Assembly (NCBI GenBank): GCA_021613535.1
Contig: CP075492.1
Coordinates: 12,276,001-12,340,000, forward strand
Source of the DNA: Adineta vaga
Taxonomy: Eukaryota > Animalia > Rotifera
Length of the DNA: 64,000 nucleotides
Reading direction: 5' to 3'
Shown: piece by piece, positions 27,701 to 39,100 of the stretch
How the letters are laid out: every line of letters starts with the position of its first letter
Position numbering within the stretch: the first letter of the stretch is position 1
Notes under the pieces: model-generated
Databases searched by the model: none
What the model was told of the DNA's origin: nothing
What the model saw: only the letters and a program-made list of their open reading frames with translations
Translations under genes and position numbers: made by a program

Positions 27701-28857
27701 CGATGGTGATGAATATACTGTTATTTGGGATACTAAACTTGTTCCTATTTCATCGAATCCTCCATCTTACGCGTATGATTCTGAACACACTCCTGAACCA
27801 CTTGATCGTATTGTCACTCGTGATGATCGTCTCAAAGTAATCTTGGATATTTGTGAACAAGATAACGTTGGAAAATTAAGTACTCTTCATCTGATTTTTG
27901 TGGATAAATTTGGTATCGATAGTGATCAAGCAATTCGTTTAGCAGGAGGAATTAGTCAAGAATTGGATAGTGTCAAATCAGGTCATCATCCTTATACTAC
28001 AGAAGAAATAAGAAAACTTACTACAGAAGTAGGTACTAAACGACCGGATTTTATGCAAGCAACTAATTATGAGCAATATCAATCAGAAAAAGTACTCGGT
28101 AAATATCGTCCAATTCTTTATCTACATGAAACACATGTTATGTTTCTTTTTCAAAGGAAAACTATTTCGAAGTATTAATCGTCTTATGGACACATTTTCA
28201 CAATCGTTTATTGAGGAAGAAACTTTCATCGATCTTGATCTAACACTTCTTCACAAAGATTATGAAAAATATACAGATTTCGCTGAAGATCTTTACAAGC
28301 AATATAAATTTGAAATGATGGAAATCATTCGATCGTATGGATTTTCTAATGAAATTGATCTTTTCTGTTGTATTGAATCACATAATATGAAAGCAAATGA
28401 ACGTAGTGATATTCAATATACAGCACAAGAACTATTGAAAGCTGTTTTTGGTGATATTCGAAAACAATTTCTTAAAGATACATCATCATTCCATGAGAAG
28501 AAAGCCAAAGCATCCGCTTGTTATTTTGTCGCTTATAACGATCATGATACAAAAGATGGACGAATGTTAAGTTTTCCATGGTTATTTGCATCTCAACTTC
28601 TATCTGATTATTCAATCGATCCAGAAGACGAAGAAATGAATATGGTGATAATCAATAAAGCTATGCATACTTGGTTGAAATCACAAGCACCATCTCTCTT
28701 AGATGTACTTCCGAAAGAAGATAGCTTTTCTTGCATGGAAATTCTCGACATATTTTTCGACAAAATATTCGCGAATGATGACGATCAAATGGTTGATCAC
28801 GCTGAGACGCTATTAAAACGAATGATCTTATTGACTAAAAATACTTGTACAAACTAA
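24718..28857 (+). CDS. Cellular RNA-dependent RNA polymerase (RNAi amplification), ~7 exons
   Basis: FTDGVGQIS, QIRYGGCKG, MFGIVDEY, TKNPCHHPGD, catalytic SGSDLDGDEY and PDFM motifs; reading frame continuous across GT-AG introns. Confidence 0.95.
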
Positions 28858-29422
28858 AATCTATTTAATCTTTATGTTATTCAATATAATCAAAAGCAGA
28901 ACTTATTCTTATTTAATCTTCGTTGTGAGTATGATATCTTTTATTTACTTTAGTAGATATGACTTGTAAAGAGACATACAAAACCATTAGTAATCGTATA
29001 GGATAGTGTTAAACTTCTCATTCATAGATGGATAAGTGTATTGAAGATAAATGCATTTTCAATCCATCGAAAATTGCACTATTCCTAACTTCAAAAACAA
29101 GTCAAAGTTCTACAATATAAATAACACGTCATTTTTTGTTAAGATTCAATTATTAATCGAAACTGAGTCATATCATGTTATCTTATGCTTTTCGAGAGAA
29201 AAAAGTTTGTATGATTGTTATCTATCTTTTCAAAACTAAATTACAGAGCAAAATTTCACATGATAGTTATTACAGGTTGTGTCTACGCAACAAGAAAAGC
29301 AGAATAATACGTCATTTGATATTTATAGTTATCTAAGATAGTAAAGAAGAGTATAAAAACTGCTGAGTAAAAAAGTATTTAAGGACGAAACCATCTCTTA
29401 GTCTAACAAAAAACATAGCAAA

Positions 29423-30195
29423 ATGAACCCATACGATCTAAGCAAACAAGGTTTTAATAACTATCCAAATCAATATCCACCGATGACTCAAACGCAATAT
29501 GGATTAGGAACCCCGTATCCGTACGTCATACATCGTCTTAAACTTTCATGTGTCTATCTCTAAATCAACAAATTTTGTTTTTCTACAGGCCAAATAATGC
29601 ACCTCCACCATACGTGCAATATCCAGCACCTGCTGCAGGATATCCTAGTCCGGGACCATCCTATCAGCAGCACGGTTTTGTCGCAACACCTGTTCATCAT
29701 CCATCGAATAATCTCGTGCAAACACAAATGACCTCTGGTTTGAAAGCATATTTTATGATATCGGGTATTTTCTATTTGATATGGGCTGCATTGGCACTTG
29801 GTTTAGAAGTTGGCATTATCATTAATTCTCGTTGGACATACTATCGCGGAATTTGGACAGCGGTTTTTCTTATAGCTGGTGGCATCAGTATGTTAGCTGC
29901 ATCATGTCGCGAATCGTATGTCATGTTTCATCTCGTACGATGGTTTTGCTGTAATCTTTCTCTTGGTGTTCTGGCATTAATTTTATCTATTGTTAATCTT
30001 TCTACATCATATCGATGTACTTCAAGTTTTTATTGGCGTTATTGTGATCATGCATTAGCAACTAATCTAAAGATAACCATCTTAGTTTTATTTATTGTTG
30101 TCATTGCTCATACAATTGCCAACTTGATTGTAGCTAGTAATGCACAAAAACGATCAGCAGCATCGATTGGAACAAACGCCATACGTCATCAATGA
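29423..30195 (+). CDS. CD20/MS4A-like four-TM protein with Pro/Tyr-rich N-terminus
   Basis: PPPY-containing N-terminus, four hydrophobic segments, GIWTAVFLIAGGIS motif. Confidence 0.6.
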
Positions 30196-31057
30196 ACAAA
30201 ATTTATTTAAACATTTTCCATTATATTAATTAAAGATGTTCCTATTTTATTAAATAAATAATTTCACTATCTAATAAACTTTTCTTGTTTAATTCAATGA
30301 ACAACTATTACCGAAGCTCATGAATGCTAAAGATTGTCTATGATCAGTTCGATAGTTTTTGCTTTATCTCCTAAACCAACAATTACTACGGACAATATTA
30401 TCGACCGACTTGATTGTTGAAAAACTGAATCATATCATGCACACGCTCAAATACACATTTATATATAATACATAAAAGGTTTATAGATAAATGAAAAGAG
30501 CACTGGGCACTAAATGTTTAAAAAGTACCAACAAGTAAAATAGGGAAATCAAACTACAAAAAGAATTTCTCAAAAACTCTTCAAAGAAAAACAGCATTCA
30601 CTCGACAATGAACTGATTGTTTTTATCAGCATAGTATCATTGATAAATACTCATCACTTATTATTCAAAAAGAATCACGTAAATTTATTTCGGTACGTTT
30701 TGAAATCTATTAATGTCCATTTATTTGTCAATTCTTTTCGATCGATAGTCATAATCAAAAGGACTAACGTCAATAGTATTGATAATATATACGAAAAGAA
30801 TCAATAGTCATTCGATCATTTGTAAGAAGTCACTTGAAGCTTATATATACTGAATTAATATATATGGTATTCTAATCTTCGATTCAAAAAATAAAAGTTC
30901 TATTAATATTGTACCAGCAAACCAAACGTATGTTTATCTATTTGTATATGGGATGGTCAATTAAGAAGCATTGTATTTTATTGTACAACATAAGATTATT
31001 CTAGCTTAAAATTCAATTTGTTTTCATTTCGAAGTTTACCTGTACACTTCCAGCAGG

Positions 31058-32176
31058 ATGGAATCTACACGTCTCTATTTTTATTTATGTATAACATCGA
31101 CTAATTTTTATCGTCCAATATGAATCGAAATCAAGCTCGCTACTGTTTATACAAATGTTCGAGCTTTGAAAAACTATATAGGTGATAAAGTGCATCTTAT
31201 GGCTGTTGTCAAAGCGAATGGTTATGGGCATGGAATGTTAGAAATAGCAAAAGTAAGTTTAGCTGCCGGTGCAACATGGTTAGGTGTTGTTACATTAGAC
31301 GAAGCACTTGTTCTACGTTCAAAAGTTTCTCTTGATATTCCTATTCTTATACTCGGTTACGTGGCTCCACAACATTTGCACATGACCAGTCGATATGGTA
31401 TTACAGTTACAGGCATTTCACTTTAATGGATACAAAAAGTTGCTCGATTAGCTCGTCAACCATTCAATTTTCATCTCAAAATAGATACAGGTCTTAACAA
31501 ACTCGGATGTAAAACTATCGATGAAGTCAAAGCTGTTCTTAAAATTGTTGCACTGCATTCCTATCGAAACATGACAGAAATATTTACTCATTTCTCTACG
31601 TCAGAAAATGTGAAGAACACGAGTTTCTTTCAACAACAATTAACAAGTTTCAATACATTTCTCAACATTATTTCAAATCGTACAAATAAAATAATTCATT
31701 GTGCTAACTCTGTATCATCCAGAGAAACCTTTCTTCAATATGGTTCGTTTAGGAAAGGCATTGACAAGTCCACCAAATGAAGGATTAAAACATCTACTAC
31801 CAATAACACTTCAAACAAGTCTTTCGCCTCATTCGACATCAGTCCTCGTCGACAACTAAATGTTAGCGAAAGAATAAGTTACGGAGGTGATTATACAACA
31901 ACACAAAGTCAATGGATTGGTACAATATCAATAGGATATGCTGATGGTTGTCGGCAACAATATAGAAGTATCGATGTACTTGTCGACTGACAACGAGTAT
32001 CCGTCATTGGTCAACAAGGTAATATATCGATAGTTGCAGATGAAATAGCAGAAAAAGTAAATCAACTAACATCGAAAGTATTTACTTCTCTATCAAGTCG
32101 TCTTCCACGTATATACACGGAGAATGGATCAATCATATGTGTAAAAAACATGTTATTAGAATCTTTAAAATTGTAA
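31058..32176 (+). pseudogene. alr: Disrupted bacterial (Bacillus-type) alanine racemase
   Basis: AVVKANGYGHG (PLP Lys), HLKIDTG, FTHF, HCANS, SYGG, IGYADG and RLPRIY present; in-frame stops at 31121, 31424 and 31988, frameshifts near 31710 and 31850, and the GRxCMD segment is deleted. Confidence 0.9.
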
Positions 32177-32480
32177 TAAATAATTTACTTTAGTCATTTT
32201 CTGTCTTAATCTTATTTTAAATCAAATAAATTTGGCTTACAATAATTATCTTTTGCAAAGATACTAGTCAATTTTTTATGAGTCAAACCTCTTTGTTTTT
32301 TTATGAGATATCAACGATATCAGAAGAAAAGATAGCGTGAGTCACTATGCTCAAGTATCACTCTATTTTTCGTTACATATCTGTCACATGCATATACATA
32401 TATATATATATATTTACCTCTACAGAACATCAAAAATACTGATTCAATTTTAGTTGTAGGTATTGTCTGCTGAACATACA

Positions 32481-33151
32481 ATGTCGTTCACTACTGAAGT
32501 GTTATTCTCAATTATTTTTCTTGTGACTGCAGTTGATTGTCAGGGTGGAGGCGGAGGCGGCGGTGGTGGCGCTATTTATGGTTTAGGTATTTGAAGCGTC
32601 TGTTATCTAATTATGTATTTTATAGATTTGTTTTAGGTGGCATTGTGTTCATTCTAATATTCTTACCAATCTACTGTTGTTGTGCAGGCAAACCAAGACG
32701 ATCGAATGCAAAATATGTACATGCATCTTCGGCACAAAATGAAGAGAGTAAAGTCATCGATATAAAACTTTTTCAATCGGGTCTTTGGCAATGTGAATAT
32801 TTTCAATATGATAAACAGCATGGTCCTTATTATATCAATCTTGCCTTTGATAATATACGATTTGAAGTAACAGGATCAGGTTTCGATGACGTAGGCACGT
32901 ATACTCTCCATGGATTCTATTCAACAGAAACTCGTCGATTGGGTATAACAAAAACATATGAAGCCGGTACGGGAAATCCCAAAGAAAATTTAGGACACAA
33001 TGTAATTATACAATTGGAATGGAATAGATTGAATCATCAGTTCGAAGGGAAATGGTATGTTCGTACAAGAAAATTCAAAGGATCTGGTATTTACAAATTG
33101 AGAATGAGTCAACAAGAACTATCATTATTATCTGTGTACGAAAAAGTGTAA
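32481..33151 (+). CDS. Uncharacterised membrane protein: signal peptide, poly-Gly, TM+CCC, cytoplasmic beta-rich domain
   Basis: Exon 1 MSFTTEVLFSIIFLVTAVDCQGGGGGGGGAIYGL splices to GGIVFILIFLPIYCCC..VTGSGFDDVGTYTLHG..ENLGH..FEGKWYV. Confidence 0.7.
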
Positions 33152-33563
33152 TTATTTTCATTCAATGTATGTTCTTGTTTAAATTAAATCTTGATATATG
33201 TATCGATAATATCTTCTCTTCTCATTTCTGTATTCTTTTTGGCGAATATATATCTAGAAGAACTTTATTTCATTTTTATTTGAAATTAGAGTAGTTAATG
33301 ATCATTAGTATTGAATTGAACAAAAAGATTGACCTAAAATCGTATTTTATGATCAAATCTATGGCGACAGCTTCACTTCACTTTTCGATTTACGAGTATC
33401 ATTTCTTCAATGTTTATCACAATAATATGTATGTGACCAGTGATATCGTCTTGTGCATATCAAATATCATCTCATACAGACAATTTGCGAGTTCATCCGT
33501 CTATACTTATTTGTACACATTTATTTTCGTATCATTTCTGTTTCTACTCCATTGATCGAAGTA

Positions 33564-35568
33564 ATGCTATTTCTTCTATTATTGATCGTTGTAAATTTAT
33601 CATCAGCAGTTGAACATTGGTTTGTCTATGATCGATATCAATTTCCGGGTTTTTATATTCCATTGTTTACACTAGTTTCTTCGTCCTCTAATCGAACGGA
33701 TTTATTTGAACAAAAGAATCTTTCATTTGCTCTATCATCGTATGAAAATTCGATTAATATTAATATTAATCAAGATAAACAAATAATTCGTTTGAATATC
33801 GAACGTGCTGATCTATTAGCGAATACATTCAATCATATAATCTTTCTTGCCATTAGACAACATACAAAATTTGAAAGCTATGTTAATTGTAAATTAATGG
33901 ATTCATATATACTCTACGCAACAGATTTCTTGAATGATGATATAACATTTAAAGTAAAAAATCTCGCCGAAGGCATTCAACATATTCAATTAACCACAGA
34001 TAGAGACTATCAGCAAGAAATATTTGAAAGATTTGGTTGTAAACAAACAGAAAGATTAAATGATGTGAACAATGCAACAACGATAATTGGAAGACCATTA
34101 ATTAGAAAAATGCAACGTATCATTGAAAAAATTCAACAACGACCAAAGTATGTAGAATTTCGCAAAGAAAAACATATTATTTTCTGACTATTTCCTTCTA
34201 AAGACGTCATTCTAATCAACAATCGTCTATCACATCATCTTCAGATTCATTAACAATCGTTTACAAACCAGATATTAGTACTAAAGTTAATAAAGATTCG
34301 AATTTTTATACTATTCTTAAAATTTCACAATTTCATTTTTCTATTCGATATTATCCAAAAGAACGTTTGTTTCACATTCGATTTGATAACAAAAATCGTA
34401 CTCAATTTCTCCTATATGTTGATAAATCATCTGATCTTCTTCGATCTGATGGTGCATCACAAGATGTTTCGTCAACAACAGTTATTTTCTTACGAATCAC
34501 ATCGACAATGATTACATGTTATGTTAATTGTGAATTAACTGATCAAGAATTTATCAGTGATTCATTTTATGTTCAACATATACTTCGAAAAATAATAATC
34601 AATACAGACAATAGTCAACAATATGATCAACAGTCAACTTTAATTTTATTCAATAAAACAATGGATGAAATAGGAAGAACTTTTTCATGTTTAAAATTAG
34701 ATGAAAAACAAGATGATTTATTACCAGATAAATATGCTATACGGTAAATATTCCTAGTTCTATTTTGGCATAATCTTTTCGTTCAATTTCTTTTAGAAAA
34801 TTTGCCAATGCTCTCGATGTATTGGTAAATAATCTTGAAATGTCAATGATTACAAATGAACAAAACACAACAACAGCAAGTACTCTAAATGTGTCAGCAA
34901 TAAATATTCATTCAATCAATGGTTTTGGAAGTTTAACAGTTCCGATACCAAATGAAATAACATCATATTCGAAGACATGTTTAACAGATGATGATTGTAA
35001 TTCAAATAATTCATCTTTAAAATGTCAAAATGAGCATTGTACATGTTCAAGACGTTCTTTTTGGTCAATGACATTACATCGTTGTCTTGTATGTAAAGAT
35101 TTACCAATTGGTAATCGTTGTTTTCGTTTATCAAATCATAAATCATCATGGAATGAAACTATTGATTTTTGTCGAGATGAAAATCTACTTGATGAACAAA
35201 TCGAATATTCAATGAAATTAGTATCAAATCTAAATCGTACGGATATTGCATTACTTAAGCAAAGTCTTTTAGAACAAGAAGATGGTGAACAATTAGATTA
35301 TTTCTATTGGATTGGTTTAACAAGTCAATCTGAAATACAAAAATTAACAAATCGAATAAAACAACGTACTCCAATTTCGACGAACTTTTATTGGTACGAT
35401 AGTGGTAAAACAGCACAAGTGAATATATCGGATTTGTGGTGTTCACAAAATGAACATATGAAAAGTGATATAAATGATAATAATTCTTTATGTATTACTC
35501 TAACTTCATGTGGTTTATATGCAGATGATTGTCAACGAAATTATCGATTCCTATGTGAAGCTGTTTAA
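33564..35568 (+). CDS. Secreted protein with two LamG/TSP-N-like domains, a Cys-rich EB-like module and a C-type lectin domain
   Basis: Signal peptide; repeated YVNC motifs; CLTDDDC..C.C; CFRLSNHKSSW..FC, YWIGL, ADDCQRNYRFLCE. Confidence 0.7.
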
Positions 35569-35642
35569 GACGTTGTGTGTCCCTTTTTTTTCGCATTCTT
35601 TTAGCAGAAAAGATTTGTGTTCTAGTAGATTAAAATTGAGTG

Positions 35643-36120
35643 TAGTTCAATTGATAGAAATAGAAATTAAACTTGAAAAAAATCTAAATTTGTATAGGGA
35701 AAGTGCAAGATAAAAGCATAATTTGGATTGATGTGATTGCAACACAATGTAGCAAATGCACAAGTATTAACTGACATCGATAAGATCAGTATGTCAGCGA
35801 CAATCTCTTGTATCTACTGAGAGGAGCATTCCACATTCAATTCTTTTGGTATATCCTGTCTTTCTTAATTATTATTACTTCGTATAACTCCGAAGTAAAG
35901 TCAGTTTTTCGTATTAATCGTTAAATTTCAAACATCATCATCACTAACGATTTTTTACTTGATAGAAAAGTAAAATATAGTCGTTAGTTAAAAATTATCA
36001 ATCCTTTCTTTGAAAGAGGTCGCTAGTTAACCTCAGAGAGGCTTGATATCATATGAATGTCAATCATCGATTGGTGTCTTCATTTATAACCATTCAAAAA
36101 AAAGCATCTTGCCCGAACTA
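35643..36120 (+). ncRNA. Unassigned highly structured RNA candidate (~480 nt)
   Basis: Numerous local and long-range stems in a non-coding intergenic region; G-U pairs mostly favour the + strand (see findings). Confidence 0.5.
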
Positions 36121-36190
36121 TATCATAAGATCCTCCATTATTGATTTCAATTTAAATTATGATACGATTAAAATTGTAAAAATTTCCGAC

Positions 36191-39100
36191 ATGACGGTAA
36201 AACGAAAGTTCTTACTTTAGATTCGTTGCACTTTTTCTTTCAATTTTCTCTAGACTTTAATCTCATCATCTCGAAAATCAAATCAAATTGGATCTGTTCC
36301 GTTCAATGATGATATCTATTCCGTATCATTATATTGTTCTAAAAACTATCTTTTACATTTGAATATTGGACCATTTCTAGTACTCTATGCTCTATGGTTT
36401 CTCACATGGACATTTCATTTTGGTCTAGGAGAATATCCCGAATTAGGAATGATTATTACTGTTATTATTGCACTTTTACAAATCATTACATGTCTATTTT
36501 GTTATTGGTTTGTGGAAATCCGTGCATTCATGCAATGTGTACCTGTAAGAAGTTTTTTTTCTTATATACGAAAAAATATCATACTCTTCGTCGTTGAATT
36601 TTTCGTTTTTCAAGGAAAAAAACCCATGGAAAGCAGAAATTGTTGTCGTTAAACCAACAGCAAATAATGGCTATTCGGAAATGGTACCGCTTCATCATGG
36701 CAAGGTAAAAGATTTGATCGAAATTGTTCTTATTATTCTATCATGTGTGTGTGTGTATATATTTCTAGAATCCACATGATCACCGTGAACAAGCTTGGTT
36801 TCTGTTTCAAAAATGTCGATATATTTATGATGAAAGTGAAAAGAAAACGTTCAAAACAATAGATTATCCATTATCGAATTCATTTCATTCATATCTTCAA
36901 TCTAAAGGTTATCAAACACAAGATGAAATTGATCAAGGAACATGGAATTTCGGACTTAACAAGTAAGTAAATAAATTTGTCGTTTGTTTTTCATTTGAAA
37001 TGATTTTGTTTTTAGAATGGTAATTGACATTCCGAAATTTATTGATCTATTTATTGAACGAGCTACAGCACCATTTTTTGTCTTTCAAGTTTTTTGTGTT
37101 TTACTTTGGTGTTTAGATGAATATTGGTAAGCAGGAACTATATTTCTTTTCGAAAGAAAATATCTTCTATAATAATGATGATTCTACATGCACCACTCTG
37201 ATCAAATATTGATTTGAGGAGAATTCTTTCCTAAGATAATCTGAATGTAGAAGATATGAAATTTACAGTTCTATGATGAATTCAACTAATTTTTGTTTTA
37301 TTTTTGATATTTTGTAGGTACTACAGTTTATTAACATTATTTATGTTAATCATCTTTGAAGTAACTTTAGTTCAACAACAAAAACGTAATATGGCGATGA
37401 TTCGTCAAATGGGTAATCAACCCTATAAAATCAATGTTTATCGGCAACGAAAATGGATTAAAATTGATACAACCGATATTTTACCAGGTGATCTTTGTTC
37501 AATTTTACGAAGTACTGAAAATAATCCATTACCCTGTGATATGTTATTATTACGTGGACAATGTATTGTTGATGAATCAATGTTAACTGGTGAATCGATA
37601 CCACAAATGAAGGTAAGAAAGAAGAAAAAAAAAAGAACTTAATCTCCGATGATTATTTTATTTATTTTTCATTGACGTACTGATTGTCATTCACTGCTGA
37701 TACATATATTGTTTATGAGGAGATTTAAGGCATTTTTTTCTTCTTATTTATTTGTTCTCGTTTAGGAACCTATTGAGAATGCAGATGAAAGTACAATATT
37801 TGACTTAGAACGTCATGGAAAATTGCATGTATTATCAGCTGGTACAAGAATTGTTCAACATACACCACCAGCAAAAATGCAAGGCGGAATGAAAGGTATT
37901 TATTTTTTTAATCGTGAGATTTTTAGTTGAATCAAAATTTGTATGATTTTCTTTTAGCGGGTGACAATGGTTGTATTGCTTATGCACTTCGAACTGGTTT
38001 TAGTACATCACAAGGCAAATTATTGAAAACAATTTTATATAGTGTTAAACGCGTGACAGCAAATAATTTAGAAACATTTCTCTTTATCTTATTTCTTCTT
38101 ATCTTTGCCATCGTTGCTGCAGCTTATGTTTGGACAGAAGGTAAATATGAAATGAACTTTTTCTTGCAAAACATTTCGAATGATGGAGAAAAACCTATTT
38201 TGATTCTATTGATATGAAATATCTTATAAGATTAGAGTCACTGACGAAATGTTTCGAGATTAGATTTTATTATTCATTTCATTCTAGGTACAAAAGATCC
38301 GAAACGTAATCGTTATAAATTATTTATTGAATGTACATTAATCTTAACATCTGTTGTACCACCAGAATTACCTATTGAATTATCACTTGCAGTGAACACA
38401 TCTTTAATTGCTTTAGTTAAACTTCGTAAGTGAAATTTCTCATATGTTTTCAACTATAAATTGTTTCGTCTAGTTATTTATTGTACTGAACCATTTCGTA
38501 TTCCATTCGCTGGTAAAGTCGATATATGCTGTTTTGATAAAACTGGAACATTAACAAGTGATGATCTAGTTGTTGAAGGTGTTGCTGGAATACAAGAGTA
38601 AATTTCTTCGATGAAACTAAATTTTCATATAATTTAAATATTTTAGTTCTGATGATCCAATTTCGTTAGCTAAAATTGATGTGCAATCACCTGTGAAACA
38701 AGTTCTTTTAACTTGTCATGCATTAGCTAATCTTGATGGAGAGATTATTGGTGATCCATTAGAAAAAGCAACATTAAATGCATTAGAATGGACAGTTACA
38801 CGTGGTGATACAGTTGTACCTAGTAAAGGTCGTTCGGGACGATGGCAAATTGTTCAACGTTATCACTTTCTTAGTGCACTCAAACGTATGTCAGTTATTG
38901 CTGGACAAAGCCCATCACCTTCAAGTAATGAAACCACATACATCGTTGCTGTCAAAGGAGCACCGGAAACACTTAAATCAATGGTAAGTGAGAGAGAAAG
39001 CGAAGGGAAAAGTTTATTTTTTTTACAAACACAAAATGGATATACGAAGGATGATTTTTCTCAAGAATGACAAAAAAAACTGATTCTTAATTTTACAATA

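Noticed and set aside
31121-31123. TGA in alr as recoded Trp/Sec
   Set aside because: The additional TAA, frameshifts and motif deletion show pseudogenisation; the other genes use the standard code.
37272-37300. Second ATGATGA in the first snoRNA intron
   Set aside because: No downstream D box or stem before the acceptor.
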